Source of the DNA: a virus
Lineage: Duplodnaviria; Caudoviricetes
Strand: one strand, 5' to 3'
Length of the DNA: 38,253 nucleotides
IMG/VR virus record: IMGVR_UViG_3300017778_001615
Location: 1 to 38,253 of that record
Under the pieces are notes generated by a model. That model was given only the letters and a program-made list of their open reading frames with translations. It was not told the DNA's origin and did no database searches. This document shows, piece by piece, positions 19,685 through 28,914 of the stretch; within the stretch, counting starts at the first letter, position 1; every line of letters begins with the position of its first letter. Made by a program: the position numbers and the translations under genes.

Positions 19685-22600
19685 CAAAAATACCTAGTAC
19701 AATATCAAAGATAGATAAAATTTTTCATATTTCAGATATACATATTCGTACTTTAAAAAGACACGGAGAATACCGAGAAGTGTTTAACAACATGTATAAA
19801 CATATTACCGACAATGCTACGGCGAACAGTATCGTAGTTTGTACGGGAGATATTGTGCATAGCAAATTGGATATGTCTCCGGAATTAATTCAAATCCTAG
19901 TAGAGTTCTTTGATGGCTTTACTATACCTACAATTGTTATTCTAGGTAATCATGATATGAATTTAAATAATATGCATCGCACAGATGCAATTAGTCCAAT
20001 TATTAATGTGATTAAAAATCCAAACATAATTTTTATTAAAGAAAATGGATTATTCGAATATGGTGGCATTGTATGGAATCATATGGCAGTTGATGCTTCA
20101 CCAAATGAATACATTAAAGCTAGTGATTTTGATGGTGCATATAAAATTGCATTACATCATGGCGCCGTTAATACTGCTAAAACTGATATTGGTTATCAAA
20201 TTTCAAACGAACATGTAACTACTGAATTATTTGCTGGACATGATATCACGTTATTAGGCGATATACATAAGCCGGCTCAATTTCTAGATGAAGCTCGAAC
20301 TATTGCATATCCTGGATCGTTGATTCAACAAAATCATGGAGAAGCCCTAGATCACGGAATCCTAGTATGGGATATTGAATCTCGTAAGGCTGAATTTGTA
20401 GAAATACACAATGATTACGGCTATGTTACATTAGAAGTGGCGGGAACAAAGATTATTAATTCTCCACATCGTATGCCGAATAAACCACGTATCCGAATTA
20501 AATTCAATGATACCTCGGCTGCAGATATGAAAAAGCTAATTGCTACAATTCGCAAAAAATACAATGTACAGGATATAACAATTCAACGAAGCACTAGCGG
20601 AACAGATACCTCGGCTTCTGCTTCATTTACAATTGGCAATGTAAGAGATGTTGAATATCAAAACACATTAATTACTGATTATATTGCAGTTAATCATCCA
20701 CAAGCAACTTCCGAAGAAACTGATGCAATTCGATATATTAATCGAACAATCAATGCAAAACTTCCTGCTGTAGAATCAGTTCGCCATATGACTTGGCACC
20801 CGTTGACATTTGAATTTGAGAACATGTTTTCATATGGGGAGAATAACATTGTTAATTTTGAAAATCTACAAGATGTGTGTGGTTTATTTGCAGCAAATAC
20901 TTCTGGTAAATCATCATTGCTAGATGCAATAACATACACAATATTTGATAAATGCAGCAAAACCGGTAAAGCTCATGAAGTCTTAAATAATAAAAAGTCT
21001 GGGTTTAAAGGAACATTCCGATTTGAAATGAACGGAATAACTTACACAATTATCAGAACCGGTATCAAACAAAAAAATGGTCACGTAAAAGTCCTAGTAG
21101 AATTTTTTACTGACACAGAAAACTTGAATGGAGAAGAACGAAGTGACACTAATAAATCAATTCGTCGTTATTTAGGTACATATGATGATTTTATATTAAC
21201 GGCATTTTCATTGCAGGCTGATAATAATAACTTCATTGAAAAATCACAAAGAGAACGAAAAGATTTATTATCACAATTTCTAGATATCACGGTATTTGAA
21301 CAATTATATCAATTAGCTTCAGATGAAATCAAAGAAACAGCTGGTAAATTAAAAGCCTATAAAAAGACTGATTTTGATATTATTATCAATGATGCCGATA
21401 CTGTTATTACAAACAATCAACAAGATATAACTTCCTTAGAAACTAGGGAAGATGTGTTACAAGAACAAAGAAATACAGCTCAAAATGAAATTGTAGATTT
21501 AATTCAAACAAAACAACCAACATCATATACCGGACCAAATATAGATGCTCTAGTAAAAACAGAAACCGCATTAACAAAAGAAATATCACAGATACAAACT
21601 GCTACTGAAAAAGCTGAAACAAACTTAGAAACATTGATATCTGAATATCTAGTTATTAAAAAAGATAAACGAAAATATGATGAAGTTGAGCTTCAAAACA
21701 AATTACAACAATTAGAAATATTTGAAACTGAATTAACCGAGTTAGATACTAGTATTAAAACTCAACAAGGAATTATAAATGCAAAACAAGAAAAGATTAC
21801 ACATCTTTCCGACCATGAATATGATCCGAAGTGTGAATACTGTACATCTAACGTTTTCGTACAAGATGCAATCGAAGCCCAAAATACGATTGAAGCAGAT
21901 AGAAACATATTAACTATATTATTACAACAGCACCGAGTAGTAAGTAATTCTATTTCGGCATATTCCACTGTTAGGGCTGATATAGATTCATTAACTAAAT
22001 TGAAACAATTTCACGAAACAAAAAGATTGGCAATTGAAAAATTAGAGCTTCAAATTCAAATAATGGAAAATGAATTGCAGACACGTGAATCAGAATTAGA
22101 AACATGTTTAGAGCGACAAGAATCATTTAAAGCAAATGAAACAGCCATCACTCATAATGAGGCAATTGATACACAAATTGTTAAATTAAAAACTAATATT
22201 GATTCTGCCACAGTTAAAATAAAAACAATTACAGACACAATTCGTAGCAAACATGGCGCAATTGAGGTTGCTAAAACAACTAAAAAATCGGCAATTGAAT
22301 CTTTAGATACTTATAAACAACTAGAAACCGAGTACAAGGCATTTGAATACTATTTAGATTCCGTTAAACGTGATGGCGTGCCATATGAGCTAATTGCAAT
22401 GGCTATGCCTAAAATAGAATCTGAAATTAATAATGTATTGAATCAGGTAGTTGATTTTAACATGGTGCTTCAAAGTGATGGTAAAAATATCAATGGATAC
22501 ATTATATATGATGATGAAAATTTCTGGCCATTAGAATTAACTAGCGGTATGGAACGATTTATTAGTTCTCTAGCTATTCGTATTGCATTAATTAATGTGT

Positions 22601-22815
22601 CTGCATTGCCACGTCCTAATTTCATTGCAATCGATGAAGGATGGGGAAGTTTAGACGCTGAGCATATTGCTTCAGTTGTAAATCTATTTGATTATTTCCG
22701 TACAAAGTTTGATTTTTCAATTATTATATCACACGTTGATACAATGCGAGATATGGTTGATAATCTGATAGAAGTAAACAAAATTGATAAATTCAGCCAA
22801 ATCTGCCATACTTGA
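19675..22815 (+). CDS. Fused Mre11/SbcD (gp47) nuclease and Rad50/SbcC (gp46) ATPase
   Basis: Phosphoesterase motifs SDIH, GDIVH, GNHD, HHG, GDIH and YPGS. These are followed by Walker A AANTSGKSS, Q-loop SLQ, coiled coil with CEYC zinc hook, TSGME signature, IAIDEGWGSLD and IISH. Confidence 0.93.
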   Translation: MDITKIPSTISKIDKIFHISDIHIRTLKRHGEYREVFNNMYKHITDNATANSIVVCTGDIVHSKLDMSPELIQILVEFFDGFTIPTIVILGNHDMNLNNMHRTDAISPIINVIKNPNIIFIKENGLFEYGGIVWNHMAVDASPNEYIKASDFDGAYKIALHHGAVNTAKTDIGYQISNEHVTTELFAGHDITLLGDIHKPAQFLDEARTIAYPGSLIQQNHGEALDHGILVWDIESRKAEFVEIHNDYGYVTLEVAGTKIINSPHRMPNKPRIRIKFNDTSAADMKKLIATIRKKYNVQDITIQRSTSGTDTSASASFTIGNVRDVEYQNTLITDYIAVNHPQATSEETDAIRYINRTINAKLPAVESVRHMTWHPLTFEFENMFSYGENNIVNFENLQDVCGLFAANTSGKSSLLDAITYTIFDKCSKTGKAHEVLNNKKSGFKGTFRFEMNGITYTIIRTGIKQKNGHVKVLVEFFTDTENLNGEERSDTNKSIRRYLGTYDDFILTAFSLQADNNNFIEKSQRERKDLLSQFLDITVFEQLYQLASDEIKETAGKLKAYKKTDFDIIINDADTVITNNQQDITSLETREDVLQEQRNTAQNEIVDLIQTKQPTSYTGPNIDALVKTETALTKEISQIQTATEKAETNLETLISEYLVIKKDKRKYDEVELQNKLQQLEIFETELTELDTSIKTQQGIINAKQEKITHLSDHEYDPKCEYCTSNVFVQDAIEAQNTIEADRNILTILLQQHRVVSNSISAYSTVRADIDSLTKLKQFHETKRLAIEKLELQIQIMENELQTRESELETCLERQESFKANETAITHNEAIDTQIVKLKTNIDSATVKIKTITDTIRSKHGAIEVAKTTKKSAIESLDTYKQLETEYKAFEYYLDSVKRDGVPYELIAMAMPKIESEINNVLNQVVDFNMVLQSDGKNINGYIIYDDENFWPLELTSGMERFISSLAIRIALINVSALPRPNFIAIDEGWGSLDAEHIASVVNLFDYFRTKFDFSIIISHVDTMRDMVDNLIEVNKIDKFSQICHT

Positions 22816-22822
22816 TATTTAT
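22815..22822 (+). promoter_or_regulatory. Putative late promoter ATATTTAT
   Basis: Overlaps the TGA of the upstream gene and lies 30 nt before ATG 22845. Confidence 0.7.
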
Positions 22823-22844
22823 ATAAAAAGAATATTAAGGTGTA

Positions 22845-25550
22845 ATGAAACGCAAAGAAGCAGTATATACAGGTTTAGAATACATACCAGTTTATTTTGA
22901 GGATACATCATTAACATCGCCTGATTATTTTCAAATATCTGAATTTCCTACTAGATTAACATCTGGAAAGAATCTGTTTAAACTTCGAGGTCATCCCACT
23001 AATTTACGAGTTGGTGGATATTTGAATGTTGAAGTTTTAGATTATAATGGAAATCCAATTTATCATGAAGTTATAAATTTTATTGATCAAGACAAAAGTC
23101 GGGTTATTGCAATTTATATTTATGAAGATACATCTCCTGGTGATTGTACTATTACATTGGTGGCTGAAGCTGCTACAATTAATAATCAACCGGCACCTAG
23201 TGATTGGCAAGGAAAGGCCAATGTTAAATGGACTCGCAAAATAGCAATTAATCCAACGGTATCAAATGAATCAGAAATTATTTTTGAGGCATTACCTGAT
23301 ATTACGGTTTCTGAACAAGTAGCTACACATCTAGATCGTGTTTATTCTGGAAGCATTCAATTCCCTACATATAACGCCGGCACAGTTAGATATTATTCAA
23401 TTAATGGTCAACCAGCAATTGAATTAGCCGGCGGAACATTTACTTCTGATATGGGTAATGGCACGTTAACGGTAGCAGCACCACAAATGCCTACTCCTAC
23501 ACCGTCATACACTCCTTCTACAACAACGTATTCGTCTGCAATTAAAAAGATATTATCTCTAACCATCGCATTGTTAGATACCGAGTATACCGTGTATAGT
23601 AGCCAAAGTATATCTGCACATACTTATACCGGCTTTGCAGCTTCGTCATTCGCAATTAACTATGAAGCTACTCCCATATATGTTGCAACTGAAAACTCAG
23701 AATCATTTGCATTGCTACAACTTAACGGGCTAGACCCAGCAACTGGCGATATTTCCCGAATCAAAGTATTTACTAATAATGCCGGCACCGTTGGTGATTG
23801 GGAACTAGTTAATGATATTGAATTAGCAGAAACTGAAATATTCGTTCCAAGTACAGCATCACTGTATCCAGATCAATCAATTGGCATATTTACAACTCAA
23901 AGCATAATTAATACTTATTGGGAAGCCCATACATATCAAGGTCGAACAGAAACTACCGCTCCTACATTAACATGGACAACTTCTTCAATTAATAATGCAA
24001 TGCTAATTAGTAGTACTACTAATATTACAGCAAACAATGCCGTGCACGTAGCACAGATTAAATCTGCCTATTCTGGTATATTTATTGCAACATCATCATA
24101 TAAAGTGCAAATTGATGCATTGGGTACTAGAACCGGTAGTTTAGATCCAGTAATTTCTATTTACTTGTCAGGTAGTGCTGTTAATTATGATCCTACGGAT
24201 TATTTTAATCAGGAATTACCGGTTACATTAGGTAAGCGTATTGGCGAGTTGAGAGTAACTACTGCAAATCAACGATTTGATGACGTTGTGTTTGATTTTG
24301 AATCTGATAATACCGGAACAGCTACATTGCTATTTGTTGTAGAATCTGGAATATGGCAAGTTGCGGATGTACATGTTACTACAGATAATGATCCCGGATA
24401 TAGTCCTAATTATACTAGAATTAAAACACTAGTACCAACTCCCCATAAATCAGACAATCAAATTTCATTTAAAGTTGAATACTACAATGTAGCTGGAGTT
24501 AAAAGCAAACAAATTAACTATTTATATAGTAAAAATTGGCAAGGTGGAAATCGCTATATCGATGGCGAATATTCAATGCTTACCGGCTCACTGTATGTAG
24601 CAAATTCTCTAGAATCAGGCATAGCAATCTCCGGATACAAAGATACTGGATTTGTTAGATCCCTAGGATATGAAGGTTTTGCTGCAGGATTCCCGGGATT
24701 CTTAATATGGAGCGGTTCTGCATTGTCTGGATCTGCTGGCACTAAAGGAGGAATCCCATATAGTGGAGTTGGATTGGAATTATATGCAAATACCGGTAGC
24801 TATTTTAGATATTCAACTGCTGGATCTGAAATTGATGTCCGAACTAATAAATTCTTTTTTGGACAATATCCATCCCCATTCATAAGTGGATCAGATGGCA
24901 AAATTGAGATATCAGCATCAGGATTCCATTTAGCAGCTAATGGATCAGTAACAGCATCAGCATTCTTAGCAGTTAATGGTACAACGGTATTGTTTGATTC
25001 GAACAACGAATTTGCAGATGGGGCGAACATCGGTCGCGTATTATATTATAGTCCTATTGAAATTTCTACTACCGCTGGGACAATTGATACTGGAGAAGCA
25101 TTCGGGATTACATCTAGTCTATTTGAAACATTTTTATTACCGGGAGAAACTAGTATACAATGTTCATTCATGATTGAACTAGATAACTCTGCAAATCCAG
25201 GAACTGCAAGTTCAATATTTATTCGCCACTATATTTCCACCGGTAGTTTATATGATAATAATACGATTGCATCTAATTATGATGTATATAATGATGAAGT
25301 CAGTATCAGTTTAACTAATGCCACCGGGACCGCCACCGCCGGCAAGTATTCATCCGGCGTACAAAATTTTAACTTTACTGGTACTAATATTGAAGATCGG
25401 CAAGGCATGTACTGTAAAATACGAAGTGTTATATTCATCTCTGGCACAGCAAGTCAGCCTACTGCAACTATAAAAATTAAAGACATTGTATATAGATCTA
25501 GTAGAGTAGCTGGAAGCGCAACAACTCCACCGTTAGCTCCAATAAGATGA
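22845..25550 (+). CDS. Tail/tail-fibre-associated structural protein
   Basis: Ser/Thr/Gly-rich and beta-rich, with fibre-like FISGSDGKIEISASGFHLAANGSVTAS. Follows a late promoter motif. Confidence 0.6.
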   Translation: MKRKEAVYTGLEYIPVYFEDTSLTSPDYFQISEFPTRLTSGKNLFKLRGHPTNLRVGGYLNVEVLDYNGNPIYHEVINFIDQDKSRVIAIYIYEDTSPGDCTITLVAEAATINNQPAPSDWQGKANVKWTRKIAINPTVSNESEIIFEALPDITVSEQVATHLDRVYSGSIQFPTYNAGTVRYYSINGQPAIELAGGTFTSDMGNGTLTVAAPQMPTPTPSYTPSTTTYSSAIKKILSLTIALLDTEYTVYSSQSISAHTYTGFAASSFAINYEATPIYVATENSESFALLQLNGLDPATGDISRIKVFTNNAGTVGDWELVNDIELAETEIFVPSTASLYPDQSIGIFTTQSIINTYWEAHTYQGRTETTAPTLTWTTSSINNAMLISSTTNITANNAVHVAQIKSAYSGIFIATSSYKVQIDALGTRTGSLDPVISIYLSGSAVNYDPTDYFNQELPVTLGKRIGELRVTTANQRFDDVVFDFESDNTGTATLLFVVESGIWQVADVHVTTDNDPGYSPNYTRIKTLVPTPHKSDNQISFKVEYYNVAGVKSKQINYLYSKNWQGGNRYIDGEYSMLTGSLYVANSLESGIAISGYKDTGFVRSLGYEGFAAGFPGFLIWSGSALSGSAGTKGGIPYSGVGLELYANTGSYFRYSTAGSEIDVRTNKFFFGQYPSPFISGSDGKIEISASGFHLAANGSVTASAFLAVNGTTVLFDSNNEFADGANIGRVLYYSPIEISTTAGTIDTGEAFGITSSLFETFLLPGETSIQCSFMIELDNSANPGTASSIFIRHYISTGSLYDNNTIASNYDVYNDEVSISLTNATGTATAGKYSSGVQNFNFTGTNIEDRQGMYCKIRSVIFISGTASQPTATIKIKDIVYRSSRVAGSATTPPLAPIR

Positions 25551-25571
25551 TAATCAATTTAATTTTATTTA

Positions 25572-25579
25572 ATATTTAT
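25572..25579 (+). promoter_or_regulatory. Putative late promoter ATATTTAT
   Basis: 24 nt before ATG 25596. Confidence 0.7.
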
Positions 25580-25595
25580 ATAAAAGAAACTATCA

Positions 25596-28500
25596 ATGAA
25601 CAACATAACAGTACTTTTCCCAGGCGGATTCAAACCATTAACCGGGGCACATATGGCTTTAGCAGAACGATATGCCGAACTACCATCAGTATCTCGTGTA
25701 ATACTTTTAATAGGAGAAAAACCTAGAGATGGAATTACTAGAGAAAAAACTATTGAAATTTTCAATTTATTAAATACCAATCCTAAAATTGAAATTCAAC
25801 CAACAGCATTCAATTCTCCAATAATGGCGGCATATGAATTCCTATTTGAATTACCAGAAGACTCGGTTGGAGATTATGCCATGGCAGCATCTACAAAAGG
25901 AGATGATTATGTTCGTACAAAAGATTTTGTTCCAAATGTAGATAAGTATCGAATGATTGGCGACAAAAAAGGCCGCGTAATACCAAATGGAGTTAATGCT
26001 ACGGAATTAAGTGTAGATGTTGATCCATTATTATATAGCAATGGAACTCCAATATCAGCATCAACAATACGACAAGCAATAGCCGACAATGATTATGAAA
26101 CCTTTAGAATGTCATATCCTGAAAATACTGATGCTGAAGTTAAGAATATTTGGCAAATATTACGAGGCACCCAAGAATCAATATTTAGTTCAAATTGGTG
26201 GAAGACTGCATTATCGGAAGATGTTGAAGAGGTTGTTGAAGCAATCATGAATCCAAAAGAAAAACATCAACATTCCGCTAAAATAAAAAAATTAAGGTCA
26301 TTCCTAGATAATAATCAGGATAAATCATTTGTATATGATTTTGATAAATTTACAAAAACTGTATATGGAGCAAAATTAACCGAAGGTATTATTGCAGAAA
26401 ATTATATTACTAGAGAAGAATTAAGTACTATAGAATCAACTGTTGATGACTTCTTTAAACAATATAATATCGATGTTAATTTCCAAGGCCGATTTACTCA
26501 TTTTCTAGAAAGATTGAATGACCCTAGAAACGAAGCTCCAATTTACATGGATGAAATAAAAGATTTCTTTGAAGATCTAGCAACCGAGTATGGTGATAAA
26601 ATAGCCCGACAATTAGATTTAGAGCGCCCATCAGGTGTTGGATCTGATTATCAATTCGATATTCCAATCCATATGCCATTCATGTTGCAATGGAACCCGG
26701 GTAAAAAAATGATTGAATTGATTCCGCGCACAATTAAAAAACAAAGAGATCGATGGAAATCAAATAACCCAGATGATATTATTTATAAAATAGAATCAGT
26801 ACAACAACTAAAAGAAGTTATAAATGGTGATGAAATTGAATGTGATAACTGTGATTGGAGTTGGCCAATAAAAGAAGGCGGTAAAGATTTATATGTTTGT
26901 CATGAATGTGGCCATGATAATAATCCTAAGTTAGTTGAATCAGTAACTTGTGAGATATGTAAGACTTCAATGAAACAAATTACTCCTAACCACTTAAGAT
27001 ATAAACATCAACTTACAATAGTTGAATATAAAAAACAATTTCCAGATGCTAAAATGATATCAGAATCATTACGTATTAGTTTATCTAAAAATAATCCAAT
27101 GAATGATCATGCTGCTGTTGATAAAATAAAACAGACAAAACTAGAAAAATACGGAAATCCTAGTTTTAATAATATCAAAAAACAGCAGCAAACTTTAATG
27201 GAAACATATGGCGTATCAAATACAGCGGCATTACCACATAATATTGAACGAGCTAAAAAACAACTAGACGATATACGAATTCGAGCATATGAGTCTGGCA
27301 GATATCTAGACCCAGCTGATAAACCAGCATATATAAGATATCGAGACACTGTACGTAAATTGTCAGAACGAACAATAAAACTTTATAAAACACAAATAAC
27401 AAATATAGAAAAAAGAGGCCATAAATTTCATTTAGATCATAAATATTCAATATTTGAAGGATTTAGTAATAATATTGATGCTGATATTTTAGCACATATT
27501 TGTAATTTAGAAATCTTGCCAAGTACCATTAATGAATCTAAAAATATAAAATCTTCTATTACATTGATAGAGTTAATTCAATCAATAAAAGAACACGATA
27601 CCCGCGAGCTATTAGTATGCGGTGGCGCCGCTGGCCATATGGCACACCCATGGGACGATCATGGATTATCATTTAATGATATGAAAGAAATTGTTGCACG
27701 AGCATTAACTGGTCGTTTAGATATAGAAACTGCTGTTACTGAAAAGACTGATGGTCAAAACATACAAATAACATGGAAGAATGGAGAAATTGGTTTTGCC
27801 CGCGGAATTGGAACTATAATTAATCCAATGACAACTACAGAAATTATTGCAGATTTTCATCGCAAACAACAAAAAGCTATAGCAGAAAAAGGTGCAGCAG
27901 CTGGACAAGATTATCAACGAGTAGTAGATGCATATCAAGCATGCGCAGAGGATTTATCTGAATCATTGAAAAGTATACCAGAAGCAACATTGCAAGATAT
28001 ATTTAAAAATGGCACGGTATTTGCAAACATGGAAATAATTTATCCGGCAACTAAAAATGTAATTGCATATGATAAAGCCCATTTACAATTTCATAATCTA
28101 GTTGAATATGATGCAAACGGCAAAGCTGTACAAACAGACTTAACTGGAGGCGCTATGATGCAAAAAATTATTCAAGATGCAAATGCACATATGCAAAAAA
28201 CATTTTCATTTATTCCACCGCAACGAATTAAATTAGGACGGGTATATGATTTTGAAGATCAACAAGCAGCATTCTTTAACGAGATAAATCAATTGCAACG
28301 CAAATTTAATCTTAAGGACACTGACTTAATAAGTGAATATCATAAAGCTTGGTGGAGAGATGTAATTCAAACCAAAGCAAAACAAATGGGATATGAAATT
28401 CCAGAAGATGTTTTAAATACCTTAATGTATCGTTGGGCATTTAATAATAAATCAACAAATATTTCAATATTGAAAAAACAAATTGATAATCCGGGATTTT

Positions 28501-28883
28501 TAAATTGGGTTGCTGAATTTGATAAAAAGGATTTTAAAGGATTCCAAAAAGAAAACTTAGAACCATTTGAAACAATATTTTTAAGACTCGGAGTATTGGT
28601 ATTACAGAATGCAACTAATTATTTAGCAGCAAATCCAGATACCACAGTTCAAGATATTAAGTCAGAATTAACTCAACTTATTCGTGATTTACAAGCAAAG
28701 GGAGATCCTGCGGTATTGAAACAATTAGAAATGCAATTAAAACGAATACAACGACTAGGCGGGTTTGATGCAATCGTACCAACAGAGGGAATTGTATTTA
28801 CATTCCAAGGTAATACATATAAAATGACAGGTGCATTTGCTCCAATCAATCAAATTTTAGGCACGCTAAAGTACGCAAGGTAA
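25596..28883 (+). CDS. Multidomain protein: HIGH-class nucleotidyltransferase, unknown domain, Zn ribbon, HNH endonuclease and ATP-dependent ligase-like domain
   Basis: FPGGFKPLTGAH and ISASTIR (cytidylyltransferase-like family). CDNC..CHEC ribbon. C2H2 finger plus LDHKYS..HICNL..N..K (HNH). EKTDG, MEII, QFHN, EGIVF and YKMT (ligase/capping motifs I, III, IIIa, IV, V). Confidence 0.8.
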   Translation: MNNITVLFPGGFKPLTGAHMALAERYAELPSVSRVILLIGEKPRDGITREKTIEIFNLLNTNPKIEIQPTAFNSPIMAAYEFLFELPEDSVGDYAMAASTKGDDYVRTKDFVPNVDKYRMIGDKKGRVIPNGVNATELSVDVDPLLYSNGTPISASTIRQAIADNDYETFRMSYPENTDAEVKNIWQILRGTQESIFSSNWWKTALSEDVEEVVEAIMNPKEKHQHSAKIKKLRSFLDNNQDKSFVYDFDKFTKTVYGAKLTEGIIAENYITREELSTIESTVDDFFKQYNIDVNFQGRFTHFLERLNDPRNEAPIYMDEIKDFFEDLATEYGDKIARQLDLERPSGVGSDYQFDIPIHMPFMLQWNPGKKMIELIPRTIKKQRDRWKSNNPDDIIYKIESVQQLKEVINGDEIECDNCDWSWPIKEGGKDLYVCHECGHDNNPKLVESVTCEICKTSMKQITPNHLRYKHQLTIVEYKKQFPDAKMISESLRISLSKNNPMNDHAAVDKIKQTKLEKYGNPSFNNIKKQQQTLMETYGVSNTAALPHNIERAKKQLDDIRIRAYESGRYLDPADKPAYIRYRDTVRKLSERTIKLYKTQITNIEKRGHKFHLDHKYSIFEGFSNNIDADILAHICNLEILPSTINESKNIKSSITLIELIQSIKEHDTRELLVCGGAAGHMAHPWDDHGLSFNDMKEIVARALTGRLDIETAVTEKTDGQNIQITWKNGEIGFARGIGTIINPMTTTEIIADFHRKQQKAIAEKGAAAGQDYQRVVDAYQACAEDLSESLKSIPEATLQDIFKNGTVFANMEIIYPATKNVIAYDKAHLQFHNLVEYDANGKAVQTDLTGGAMMQKIIQDANAHMQKTFSFIPPQRIKLGRVYDFEDQQAAFFNEINQLQRKFNLKDTDLISEYHKAWWRDVIQTKAKQMGYEIPEDVLNTLMYRWAFNNKSTNISILKKQIDNPGFLNWVAEFDKKDFKGFQKENLEPFETIFLRLGVLVLQNATNYLAANPDTTVQDIKSELTQLIRDLQAKGDPAVLKQLEMQLKRIQRLGGFDAIVPTEGIVFTFQGNTYKMTGAFAPINQILGTLKYAR
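26940..27600 (+). mobile_element. HNH homing-endonuclease-like module fused in frame within the 1095-aa ORF
   Basis: CEIC-x-HLRYKH zinc finger, repeats KIKQTKLEKYG / KQQQTLMETYG, then HLDHKYSIFEGF...HICNLEILPSTINESK and the tail SITLIELI. No intein or intron hallmarks. Boundaries approximate. Confidence 0.7.
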
Positions 28884-28890
28884 TATTTAT
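28883..28890 (+). promoter_or_regulatory. Putative late promoter ATATTTAT
   Basis: Overlaps the TAA of the upstream gene and lies 32 nt before ATG 28915. Confidence 0.7.
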
Positions 28891-28914
28891 ATAAAAGTAA
28901 TAGGTAAAAGACAA

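Noticed and set aside
26940-27620. Intein or group I intron around the HNH module
   Set aside because: No intein block A/B or terminal HN-C/S/T (EHD|T lacks block F/G context). The region is fully coding, with no recognisable P/Q/R/S core.
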